Shown: positions 1 through 8,846 of the stretch, piece by piece
How the letters are laid out: every line of letters begins with the position of its first letter
Numbering within the stretch: position 1 is the stretch's first letter
DNA from: an uncultured virus (IMG/VR IMGVR_UViG_3300031758_003913)
Lineage: Duplodnaviria > Heunggongvirae > Uroviricota > Caudoviricetes
DNA: 20,000 bases
Reading direction: 5' to 3' (one strand)
IMG/VR virus record: IMGVR_UViG_3300031758_003913
Location: 58,600 to 78,599 of that record
Program-made: the position numbers and the translations under genes
Notes under the pieces: generated by a model
Databases searched by the model: none
What the model was told of the DNA's origin: nothing
Seen by the model: only the letters and a program-made list of their open reading frames with translations

Positions 1-712
1 TAAATTTTTTCCAATAATCTAATACATTGTCTTTATCTCTACCTAACGTGGTCCCATTGGTACTGTATCTTAATTCAATGTCATATTTTTTACGTTCATC
101 AAGTAGTTTTAAAATTTTCCAATGTTCAGGCATCATTAGTGGTTCGCCACCTGCAAAATGTATCTGCTTCATTGTATCTAAATTTTGTGCAATGTCGTCC
201 CAAAATAAATCTGCTTTTTCTAAATCAATTAATCTTGTTTCAGAATATTTGTCGTATCCAGGATGTAGTTTAATCCAATCAGATGCCCACTGTGTACTAA
301 ACAGTGGTGAACATGTTGTGCAAGCTAGATTACAATAGTTACTAAATCTAAAATCCCAGTATTTTAATTGCAATGAAGGAATGGCACCGTCTATATCTGT
401 TTGTTCAATTAACGGTTGCATTTCTGCATACCATCTATCATTAAAGCCTGTTCGCATACTATTAAGTCCAACAGCTTCTTTAGAAGTACATCTTTCACAA
501 GCAGTAGGCAGAGGCTTGCCTTCAAGCATATTTTTCCTCATTACTTTAGCTTGATCACTATTAACAATTTCTATAAGTTTTTGAGTTTTTACATTTCCAA
601 AACTATTTTCGTTTTTTAATGGGGTTTGACAACATGCAAAAGCTCTACCGTCGTTGATGACGTGCAAGTGCATCCAGGGTGCTACACAAAAATTATTAAA
701 ATCTTTATTCAT
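1..712 (-). CDS. Radical SAM enzyme with N-terminal twitch/SPASM-like domain (rSAM-1), 3'-truncated by window edge; not in ORF track
   Basis: Manual translation from ATG at 712 (overlaps upstream stop, ATGAATAA): MNKDFNNFCVAPWMHLHVINDGRAFACC...GN...CERC...WDFRFSNYCNLACTTCSP...HFAGGEPL...YSTNGT...DYWKKF, open to the edge. CxxxCxxC at 311-334 plus GGEP and TNG motifs. Confidence 0.93.
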   Translation of the reverse strand, partial: MNKDFNNFCVAPWMHLHVINDGRAFACCQTPLKNENSFGNVKTQKLIEIVNSDQAKVMRKNMLEGKPLPTACERCTSKEAVGLNSMRTGFNDRWYAEMQPLIEQTDIDGAIPSLQLKYWDFRFSNYCNLACTTCSPLFSTQWASDWIKLHPGYDKYSETRLIDLEKADLFWDDIAQNLDTMKQIHFAGGEPLMMPEHWKILKLLDERKKYDIELRYSTNGTTLGRDKDNVLDYWKKF

Positions 713-1997
713 ATTGCATTTCTTTGAAAAGGTCGTAAAATTTCCAAGTGTGTTTTTTATCATAAAACTTTTTCTTATTGGCCTCGATAAATGGTTTTGT
801 TAAAATTATACGATCATTAATTTCTTCTTTAGACAATTTAGATAATCTGTCAACTTCAGTCATTATTAAATTTAATTTAATTTTTAAATCACTAACACTA
901 TCATATGTTTCATTAAACAGATCTACATAACTAAAATATCCTTCGTTATTAAGATAACGCATAGTAGATAAACTTCCTACTACCATAAAAGGATAACCTT
1001 GAGCAATAGCGTTCCATATATTTGGCGATACCCATAGTGCATTTGTTTCTGACAGATACGTTTTATCCATCATAGGTGTGAACGGCTCTGCTACAATTGC
1101 AAATAGACTGTCTTCTAATGACTCCGATATATTTGCGATAGTTGTCTCAGATGATAATAAATTATTAATTATATCTTTTTTTGACTGTTTGTTATTTAAC
1201 AATGACTCATTAGTAAATATTTTACTATCTAAATTTAGATTTTTGTTTTTCTTAACATTAAATTCATAGCAACCTTTATCTAATAATTCTCTAGATTCTA
1301 GTTCAGTAATAGTAGCCAGTGAATGCATTGACGATTCACCAGTTAATGCTGTAAATAGTAAACTGGGATTATTCCAATTATTGATATCAAAACTTTCACG
1401 CACTTCATCATCTAGTAAAAATGTGACCCAATGATAATCAATATTTTGATACTTAGATTTACAAGTTAGTTGATAAGCAATTTGCCACCAATCAATACCA
1501 AATACTTTAACCTTGTCAAATAATTCCTGATAGGAACAATTAATATCACCGGTTATTAAATAAATTTGATCAGTAGGAACTCCGTTTCGAATTAATACAT
1601 CAATTCTTTCTTTAAGATTTTGCATAAAGTTATAATCACCTATCCATTGTTGATAAAGTAATAATAATTTCATTTTTCGTTTTTTAATACGAGTTAATGT
1701 CTTTTCCGGAATAATATCAATAAGACGATTCCGTATTGCTGTTTTTGAAAGCTCCAATGGATAAAATAAATTTGACGCCATATCTCTTTTAGTAAACAAA
1801 TTAACTGTGACTTCGTTTGCCTTCATTACATTATAAAAATACGTAGTTTTAAGGACTTGATCACTGTATTCTAAACTAGACATCACTGGAATATCGTACT
1901 GTTTATTAATTTTATATCGTGTTATGCCGTTAGGAACAGGTATTCCGTTAACAATATTATCGTAATATAAATTAATTGTAGGTCGCAATAGGATCAT
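705..1997 (-). CDS. Hypothetical protein with C-terminal GT10 (fucosyltransferase)-like region, degenerate motif
   Basis: 430-aa ORF; ATG at 1997 preferred over TTG at 2000 because AAGGA lies 6 nt upstream. C-terminal SLFAIVAE...WVSPNIWNAIAQGYPFMVVGS...YLNNEGY...FNETYD resembles the spacing of the GT10-type motif F.L.FENS...Y.TEK...A....P.V.G. Confidence 0.5.
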   Translation of the reverse strand: MILLRPTINLYYDNIVNGIPVPNGITRYKINKQYDIPVMSSLEYSDQVLKTTYFYNVMKANEVTVNLFTKRDMASNLFYPLELSKTAIRNRLIDIIPEKTLTRIKKRKMKLLLLYQQWIGDYNFMQNLKERIDVLIRNGVPTDQIYLITGDINCSYQELFDKVKVFGIDWWQIAYQLTCKSKYQNIDYHWVTFLLDDEVRESFDINNWNNPSLLFTALTGESSMHSLATITELESRELLDKGCYEFNVKKNKNLNLDSKIFTNESLLNNKQSKKDIINNLLSSETTIANISESLEDSLFAIVAEPFTPMMDKTYLSETNALWVSPNIWNAIAQGYPFMVVGSLSTMRYLNNEGYFSYVDLFNETYDSVSDLKIKLNLIMTEVDRLSKLSKEEINDRIILTKPFIEANKKKFYDKKHTWKFYDLFKEMQYE

Positions 1998-3420
1998 CAA
2001 TGTTCCTTGAGTCAGGTGTTAACACCCAGCCTTCTTTGTCTGCTAACTCTTTTATTGCTATGTCTGTATCAGGTATAGTATCAATCCAATCTGTTAAAAT
2101 TTTAGGAAATACATATATGGATTTTGATCTGCGCTGATCGTACTGCTGATAAAAAGTTTTAAAGTCTCTCCACAGTGTAATAGGATTACTTGTTCTGCGA
2201 TGAGGTGCATCTACTGTAACAAGATAATCAATTAATCTTTCAATACTTGCACGTTCAAATTCGTGCCAACCTGGTAGGTCTTTATTTTGCGCATACCATG
2301 TTGACAGCTTTTTATGGCAATGATCTTTAATATGATTAGGTAGTGCCAACGGACTTTGAAAACTAGGAAATCTTAACAGATTTAAACTAACAGTAGGAGT
2401 TCTACTTTGTGTCATTTCTTTTAGCTGGTACATTTCGTCAAGAAATTCAGTAATACTAAACAAAGATAAACTATTAATAGTCATCATTATGTGTACACCT
2501 TTATAGTTTGCTTCTGTAAGAATTCTTTTTAGATTTGTTTTCCATAGTTGATAATCTAGACCATCACGTATGTATTCTGCTTGATCGCCTACTGCTTCGC
2601 AACTTGTGTACAAATCAAAGTGTTTAATATTTTTTGATTTAGCAATTAACTTATCTATAATATCAGACTTTGCAATTAAGTTACTGTTAATAGCAAATCT
2701 CATATCACTGTTTTGCGCTTCAAACCAATCAAATAATTTCCATGTGTTACCACTCATTAGAGGTTCGCCGCCTGTGATTCGTAACTCTTGTAGACTTTCT
2801 GATAGTCCGTTATCCCACCATTTCCAAAATGCTTGTACATAGGGATTATCTTCATCGTCTTTGTAAGGCTGTGCCCAAGATCCATCGTGATGAAATGCGC
2901 CTGCGCCGTCACTTACAAGATTAATATAAGGACCGTTGTTTTTAATATCCTTTGCCCATGTAGTTGAGAAACTAGCATTACAATATGAACAGGCAAGATT
3001 ACATACCCTATCAAATGCAATTTCAAAAGTTTTTAAATTAGTATTTTCGTTTATGTCTGCATCAAACGCCTGTTGTAGTTCTTCATCAGTATAAATGATA
3101 CTTTTAAATGTTCGATCACTAACAGCATCTTTGCCCATGTCTTCCATTTTCCAACAGTACTCACACTCGCGAGGGCGTTCGCCAGACTGCATCATTCGAC
3201 GCATTTCTTTTTTATGTTCAGTATTATGAATAGCAGTGTAATTACGTTTAATTTCCTCTATTGGAATTTTATGTGCTGGAGGATGATGGCAACTTGCTGT
3301 GGTACCACTACCTAGCCATGTAGTAGCATTATACCATTTTGCTCCGCAGAAGCTGGTGCTCTTAGTGTCTAGAACACGTTCTCTATATTGCTTTAAATCT
3401 TCTTCAGGCTTCTTGGGCAT
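1972..3420 (-). CDS. Radical SAM enzyme with N-terminal twitch-like domain (rSAM-2)
   Basis: 482 aa; N-terminal FCGAKW...SCHH...CEYCW; CNLACSYC at 2980-3003; RITGGEPL; INSNL. Confidence 0.93.
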   Translation of the reverse strand: MPKKPEEDLKQYRERVLDTKSTSFCGAKWYNATTWLGSGTTASCHHPPAHKIPIEEIKRNYTAIHNTEHKKEMRRMMQSGERPRECEYCWKMEDMGKDAVSDRTFKSIIYTDEELQQAFDADINENTNLKTFEIAFDRVCNLACSYCNASFSTTWAKDIKNNGPYINLVSDGAGAFHHDGSWAQPYKDDEDNPYVQAFWKWWDNGLSESLQELRITGGEPLMSGNTWKLFDWFEAQNSDMRFAINSNLIAKSDIIDKLIAKSKNIKHFDLYTSCEAVGDQAEYIRDGLDYQLWKTNLKRILTEANYKGVHIMMTINSLSLFSITEFLDEMYQLKEMTQSRTPTVSLNLLRFPSFQSPLALPNHIKDHCHKKLSTWYAQNKDLPGWHEFERASIERLIDYLVTVDAPHRRTSNPITLWRDFKTFYQQYDQRRSKSIYVFPKILTDWIDTIPDTDIAIKELADKEGWVLTPDSRNIDDPIATYN

Positions 3421-4786
3421 CCCATTCCTTTAATAAGTTTTTGAATTCAGGAAATATCTTAGTAAACGATTTGTTTCTTCTAAAATTATACTCTTGTATG
3501 TATCTTACAAAGTCCTGTCTGTGTTCTACTGCTGGTTCTGCTGTGCGTAAGTAATCACAAAATCTTTGTATTTGATCCCATTCTTCTAAATAGATTCGAG
3601 CATACTTTTCTAAGCTATAATATTTCAGCCATTTTTCACAAGCTACATAGATATCATCTGCATACTGCTGTCTTTCTTCTTTATCTAAAAGAGTGCATTG
3701 CAAATGTGGTGGCCATCTTAGATAATTTATACTGAGCGGAATTCGATTATGTTCAAAGTTTGTATTGTAATCTTTACGTAACTGCATTACTAGTTCTATA
3801 AAATCTACAAAGGTAGGTAAACTTAATATGTTAACAGTGGTCATTATAGCCACTGTTGATTGCGTATTATCTAATACTTTACAAACATTCTGCTGCCATA
3901 CACTGATGTCTAATCCGTCTCTTGCATATTCTGCCTGAGATCCAGTGCTTTCAAGACTAGTGTAAATATCTAAACGCTTTATCACACCTCGTAAGCTATT
4001 AATTTTATTAATTAATTTTTCAATTAATACATCAGGCACACACATGTTAGTGTTAATAGCTAATTCTAATTCAGGCTGCGGGTTTTCAATTAAGTAATCT
4101 AATAATTTCCATAAGTCTTTACTCATAGTTGGTTCACCGCCTGTAATACGCAACACTTTTAAATGCGGTAACGTTTCTGGAAACCATTTCCAGAAAGCGT
4201 CTACATACGGATTCTCATCGTGATGTGCATACGGATAACGTCCCACTTGTTTTAACCAGCCTAAATGATGAGCTCCATTCTTAACTGGGTAAGACCCGTT
4301 CTGTTGTATATCTTCCATCCATTTAGATGAAATTTCAGGACTACAGTAAATACACGCAAAATTACATGCATTGGAAAAACTAATTTCTAAATAACTAGGA
4401 TAAACATTATCATTAGGGTCGCTGTTAGCAATTTGATCAAATTTATCCCATGCCCAGTAATCCGATGTTTTATAATGCCTATCGCTAAAATAATCTTTAT
4501 TTAAATCTTCTATGTTCCAACAATAATCACACTCACTAGGTCGCTCGCCTTTGAGCATCAGTTCACGTTGGCTTTTTTTAAATTTACTGTTATGCAATGC
4601 CGCAGGATCTGCTAGTACTTCTTCGAGAGGAATCTTATGAGGAGCAGGATGATGGCAACTGTGATTGTAACCGTTTTGCAGATATAAAGTTGTTTGTAAC
4701 CATTTAGCTGTGCAAAAACTACAACTTACTGAGTTAATTTTATCTCGTTTATCTTTGAGTATTTGTATTTTTTGCTCGTTGCTCAT
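3404..4786 (-). CDS. Radical SAM enzyme with N-terminal twitch-like domain (rSAM-3), paralog of rSAM-2
   Basis: 460 aa; CSFCTAKW...SCHH...CDYCW; CNFACIYC at 4343-4366; RITGGEPT; INTNM. Shares HKIP.EE, GERP.EC.YCW, NPYV.AFWKW and AEY.RDGLD with rSAM-2. Confidence 0.93.
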   Translation of the reverse strand: MSNEQKIQILKDKRDKINSVSCSFCTAKWLQTTLYLQNGYNHSCHHPAPHKIPLEEVLADPAALHNSKFKKSQRELMLKGERPSECDYCWNIEDLNKDYFSDRHYKTSDYWAWDKFDQIANSDPNDNVYPSYLEISFSNACNFACIYCSPEISSKWMEDIQQNGSYPVKNGAHHLGWLKQVGRYPYAHHDENPYVDAFWKWFPETLPHLKVLRITGGEPTMSKDLWKLLDYLIENPQPELELAINTNMCVPDVLIEKLINKINSLRGVIKRLDIYTSLESTGSQAEYARDGLDISVWQQNVCKVLDNTQSTVAIMTTVNILSLPTFVDFIELVMQLRKDYNTNFEHNRIPLSINYLRWPPHLQCTLLDKEERQQYADDIYVACEKWLKYYSLEKYARIYLEEWDQIQRFCDYLRTAEPAVEHRQDFVRYIQEYNFRRNKSFTKIFPEFKNLLKEWDAQEA

Positions 4787-5676
4787 TTTGCCCTTTTAAT
4801 TATTCTTGGCGTGTTTTGATACACCGTCTTGAAAAATTTTGAACCGTCACTATCAATATTGGAAACTTCTAAACCGCACTTGTGTTTAAGTTCAGTACCT
4901 AACCAATTAAAATAATCAGAAGTATCTGTTGTAGGACCGTATCCCTTTTCTTTCCAATACTCAGTTAAATATTCAAAGTCGCGCACCTGTGCATAATCCC
5001 AGTCAGTACAATTAGTCATGTAACAACCTTCTCGAGCACCTATTGTACTCCAAATGCCGTTATCAACGTCTACACCAATATTGCACCATATAAGTAATCG
5101 TTGATAATTTTGCCACCACACCTTTTTTATATCAGTAGTTTTAGTGCCTTGGTTGAGGCTCATTTTAACACCTTCGCGGAATCCTGCTCGCCAGGCTTGA
5201 AAAGGTGTTGCATTAGTAAAACTTTCTGAATAACTGTCGTTGAACTGATAATACTTTTCGTCAAAACAAAATTCTACTTTTCCCTTTTCGTCGTCAACTG
5301 CTGAATTTTCGTGTGTACGCATATTATTAACAAATTTACGTGTCCACATTTTTAAACCACCATTGCCATACATAAGGCCGTTGACGTGAACTTTTCCGCA
5401 CCAACTAAACACATGCTCAGTAGTGAGACCTAATTCTGCTAAGTCTACTTCAATGTCAAGAAATTTTGGATCAATTATATTATCAGCATCTACAGTAACA
5501 AAGTATTCTGTTTCGCTTAGTGCGGCACATGCTTTGTGTGCGGCGTCGCTGCCCTTAACTCCATGAACTCTTTTTGCCCAAGGAACTTTTGCACATAGGT
5601 CAGCATAATTTTTTTCAGCATTAGGTTCGTCATAACTAAGGAAAATAATGTCCTGTTCCGCTACTTTAATTTTCAT
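4783..5676 (-). CDS. GT-A fold (GT2-like) glycosyltransferase
   Basis: 297 aa; N-terminal IIFLSYDE strand, helix AAHKACAA, then EYFVTVDADN with a DxD motif (5482-5490), the layout of a GT-A nucleotide-sugar binding domain. Confidence 0.7.
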   Translation of the reverse strand: MKIKVAEQDIIFLSYDEPNAEKNYADLCAKVPWAKRVHGVKGSDAAHKACAALSETEYFVTVDADNIIDPKFLDIEVDLAELGLTTEHVFSWCGKVHVNGLMYGNGGLKMWTRKFVNNMRTHENSAVDDEKGKVEFCFDEKYYQFNDSYSESFTNATPFQAWRAGFREGVKMSLNQGTKTTDIKKVWWQNYQRLLIWCNIGVDVDNGIWSTIGAREGCYMTNCTDWDYAQVRDFEYLTEYWKEKGYGPTTDTSDYFNWLGTELKHKCGLEVSNIDSDGSKFFKTVYQNTPRIIKRAK

Positions 5677-6244
5677 AATTTTTTACCAAATGATAATAAT
5701 TTTCAAATATCTTACCACAATACAAACTTACATTTAATCGTTGAGCAACTTTTACTAATTGATTAGGCAGCACAAACGATTTATCGAATAGTATATTATA
5801 CAACTTTACTTCTATTGTGTCTAGTAAAATATTTGGGTCGTCTTGATCAGTAACATATATCAGCTGAGTTTTATCTTTATAATATGCAGTCTGAGTTAAT
5901 AACGCTCGTAGTTGTTCGGTCATACTGATTGTCCAAACTCCCTGTTTAACATCTTGTTCGATTACAACTGCATTATTAGTATTAACATTATCAACTTTTT
6001 GAATTTGATGAACGCTTGTATCTACGTCAAATGTTAATAGATCTTGATGTTTCAATTGCAATTCATATTTTAAATCTGTCTTGCCAGTAGGAACAATAAT
6101 GTAGTCTTGCATTCGCTTTTGTTCAGTTGAAAACTCTTTATAAAGTTCGGCTTCTACTTCTATATACGGAGTTGACTCGTCAAGCTCATTGGTTATTTTC
6201 CATATCTCGCCTCCAGGATCTTTAAAATTAAAATACCATTTCAT
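5666..6244 (-). CDS. Hypothetical protein (about 192 aa)
   Basis: ORF fills the gap between epimerase and GT. Start revised from 6262 to ATG 6244, which gives an ATGA overlap with the epimerase stop. No recognisable motif. Confidence 0.75.
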   Translation of the reverse strand: MKWYFNFKDPGGEIWKITNELDESTPYIEVEAELYKEFSTEQKRMQDYIIVPTGKTDLKYELQLKHQDLLTFDVDTSVHQIQKVDNVNTNNAVVIEQDVKQGVWTISMTEQLRALLTQTAYYKDKTQLIYVTDQDDPNILLDTIEVKLYNILFDKSFVLPNQLVKVAQRLNVSLYCGKIFENYYHLVKNYEN

Positions 6245-7158
6245 TTTAATTTTTCTTTCCAAATTTCAATAGTTTTGTCAAGACCGTCACTTAAACTTAC
6301 TTTAGGTGTCCACCCGGTTAGCTTGGTAAGTAAATTATGATTACTATTCAACCAATAAATTTCTCCTGGACGGTGTAGTTTGCGATGCCAATGTATTTTA
6401 CCATCCCAATTAAGTTTCTTTGCAATTATAGTTGCATATTCTCTAATCTTAATTGGATTATCTGGACCAATAGTTAAGATTTTTCCTGTGTTTACTAGTG
6501 CAGGATTATTGATAATAGTAGTCCAAGCACTTAGCATGTCATCGATAAAGATAAAGTTACGATATGGCTCTGCATATCCAAACTCTGCTTCATACGGATT
6601 AGCCAGCATCTGACTAATAATTTGTTCAGTAACAAAAAATTCATTATCCTTGCGGCCATAACAGTTTGTTTGTCTAATAGCAGTAAATGGTAGTTCTAAA
6701 CAACGATGTGCATATTCTAAATATTTTTCAACTCCATACTTAGCCACAGCATAAGGCGCATTAGGATTGGGCGGTGTGTTTTCGTCAAAAGCTTCAAATA
6801 TTTCCGGAACTCTACCAGATTGGACAATATCACTAATAGGTTGCCAACCATACACTTCCATAGTACTTGCAAACACGAAGTTTTTAAGATTAGGAATTTT
6901 TGTTGCAGTTTCAATTAAATTGACACTACCTACATAATTAATTTGACTAAATGTTATTTGTTCGTAAAAACTTTTTTCTACTTCTGTACGTGCGGCAAGG
7001 TGTACAATAATGTCAGGCTGAAAGTCTAAAACTTCTTTTGTAACTGCATCAAAATCTAGTAAGTCGCTTTTTAAAGAATAAATCTCGTGTTGTTCTTTTA
7101 ACAACGGTTCTAAATGTTGACCTATAAAGCCGCTTGTTCCAGTCATTAAAATTTTCAT
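6241..7158 (-). CDS. NAD-dependent NDP-sugar epimerase/dehydratase (extended SDR)
   Basis: 305 aa; Rossmann TGTSGFIG, HLAA, FASTMEVYG, catalytic YAVAK (YxxxK), RQTNCYG, RNFIFIDD, RPGE and GWTPKVSL..GL..T; AAGGA Shine-Dalgarno upstream. Confidence 0.93.
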   Translation of the reverse strand: MKILMTGTSGFIGQHLEPLLKEQHEIYSLKSDLLDFDAVTKEVLDFQPDIIVHLAARTEVEKSFYEQITFSQINYVGSVNLIETATKIPNLKNFVFASTMEVYGWQPISDIVQSGRVPEIFEAFDENTPPNPNAPYAVAKYGVEKYLEYAHRCLELPFTAIRQTNCYGRKDNEFFVTEQIISQMLANPYEAEFGYAEPYRNFIFIDDMLSAWTTIINNPALVNTGKILTIGPDNPIKIREYATIIAKKLNWDGKIHWHRKLHRPGEIYWLNSNHNLLTKLTGWTPKVSLSDGLDKTIEIWKEKLK

Positions 7159-7171
7159 TATTATTTTCCTT

Positions 7172-7993
7172 TTATATTAATTTCTCAATAATATTATCTG
7201 TTAGAAACTCGTCTTCCACATAATGTAATAAACCTTTTTGAACATAATTACCCAGAATTAATGTACCATCAGGTCTATAATATTTTCCAATAACTTTAGT
7301 CCATTGCTCTGGAGTTTGTCTCCATCCTTGCACATGAGGTTTCATATGCGTAAAGGTAATAAAACTATTAGGATCAGTTATTTCTGTTTCGTTACCTAAT
7401 ATTTTACTTGCAAGAGCACAGCTAACATCCATTGAACACCATTTTTGATATTCTTCTGACGCAAATTTACCATAGAATAATTGCCAATTATTTGTAATCA
7501 TTTCAACTAGATTATAAAACTCCTTAGCAACATCTCCCTTTTTAAAATAATGACAGGCACTATAAAGATTAGGAAGTTTATTAGCAATAAAAGTTTTTCT
7601 ATAATAAGCAGAAGTTACTAATTCGTCTCGATATGTGCGGACATTACTTACAAAAAATAAATCTCGCTTGCCTAGTTCTTGCCACCAATGTGTAATGTCA
7701 GTTAGTATTAACATGTCTGCTTCTAAGACAATTGTTTCGTCGTAGGGACTAGCATGATATACCTTCCAACGATTCTGTATTTTCCATTGTGCATCTTTTG
7801 CACTATCGTCCCACGGAATTGGAAGTATTTGATCAAAGACATTTTTGTATTCTGTTGGAACTGTGTCGTTTGTAATTAACGAAATTTTTTGATCTTTGTT
7901 ATACTTGTGAAGACTCAATGCTAAAGCATATGCCTGTTTTACATAATCAGTAGTTTCATTATTTTGTGCAAGTAAACAAAATCCTTTATTCAT
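7172..7993 (-). CDS. GT-A fold glycosyltransferase-like protein (GT8/GT71/GT77-like), ExD variant
   Basis: 273 aa; GFCLLAQN...YVKQAYALALSL...ITND...FDQI...SPYDETIVLEADML (EAD at 7715-7723) and late FTHMKP. Confidence 0.7.
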   Translation of the reverse strand: MNKGFCLLAQNNETTDYVKQAYALALSLHKYNKDQKISLITNDTVPTEYKNVFDQILPIPWDDSAKDAQWKIQNRWKVYHASPYDETIVLEADMLILTDITHWWQELGKRDLFFVSNVRTYRDELVTSAYYRKTFIANKLPNLYSACHYFKKGDVAKEFYNLVEMITNNWQLFYGKFASEEYQKWCSMDVSCALASKILGNETEITDPNSFITFTHMKPHVQGWRQTPEQWTKVIGKYYRPDGTLILGNYVQKGLLHYVEDEFLTDNIIEKLI

Positions 7994-8846
7994 TTGTCAA
8001 GGCCTCATCTATTGCACGATTAAGGCTAAACTTATTCATGATATGAATATTAGTATCTTTAATGTATCCGGCGGTATAATGCCCTACCCACTCTTTTTTA
8101 TCTAATAAAAATGTATAACTCTCATCTTCCATTTTTATTAATACGTCAGCGTCAGTAGTAAACCATAATTTTCCAGGTAATGCTTTAGGCCAGCTAGTAC
8201 GCTGAAACCCATTTAGCATATGAATTGCTATACTAAACGTATAATCATTACGAAACAATTTAAACGGAATTTGATATATTAATCTATAGAAATGCCAATT
8301 TTCTTTAATGTGATCTAGTAATTCAAAAAAACTTTGCATAAACTCTGTTTTTTTAAAATAAAAAACAGTAGCCCAATACATATCAATACTTCTGTCACTA
8401 ATTTTATTAAATTCGTGACCGTCAGGCCTATCTTGATTTAAATCTTCAACATTTCTATATATGAAAAACTCTTCGTCGGTACCAAAACAATTTAAAAGCA
8501 AATTGTTACCTATGATAAAATCAGTATCCATAACAATAGTTTCGTCAAACGGCGTTATATTGTATGCACTTGATCTATTATGATTCTTCCATTCTAGATC
8601 ACGCTTGCTCATTGTACCGTCACGAAACCTTCGAGTTTGAGTGGTTGTATAAAAATCTAACGGGATTATATGTTGTATGTATTTTTCATAATACGGAAAT
8701 TGACTTTTTAGATAGTCAGGATTATCTGTTGCAAGAGCTACAGGAATGCCTAAATGTTTCTTAATTTTTTTTGCACAATAGATTGCTTGTTTAATATAAT
8801 CAATTGTAGAATTATTAAGAGCAAACAGTAATACTCCCCTCGTCAT
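7986..8846 (-). CDS. GT-A fold glycosyltransferase (GT8/GT71/GT77-like), paralog of downstream gene
   Basis: 286 aa; GVLLFALN...YIKQAIYCA...ATD...TPFDETIVMDTDFII (DTD at 8520-8528), RND and IHIMNK. Confidence 0.75.
   Translation of the reverse strand: MTRGVLLFALNNSTIDYIKQAIYCAKKIKKHLGIPVALATDNPDYLKSQFPYYEKYIQHIIPLDFYTTTQTRRFRDGTMSKRDLEWKNHNRSSAYNITPFDETIVMDTDFIIGNNLLLNCFGTDEEFFIYRNVEDLNQDRPDGHEFNKISDRSIDMYWATVFYFKKTEFMQSFFELLDHIKENWHFYRLIYQIPFKLFRNDYTFSIAIHMLNGFQRTSWPKALPGKLWFTTDADVLIKMEDESYTFLLDKKEWVGHYTAGYIKDTNIHIMNKFSLNRAIDEALTNE

Noticed and set aside
1..4786. rSAMs as RiPP maturases, MoaA, QueE or NrdG
   Set aside because: No precursor peptide ORF, RRE domain or cognate pathway genes are visible; size and N-terminal auxiliary domain do not fit those families, so no gene symbol was given.
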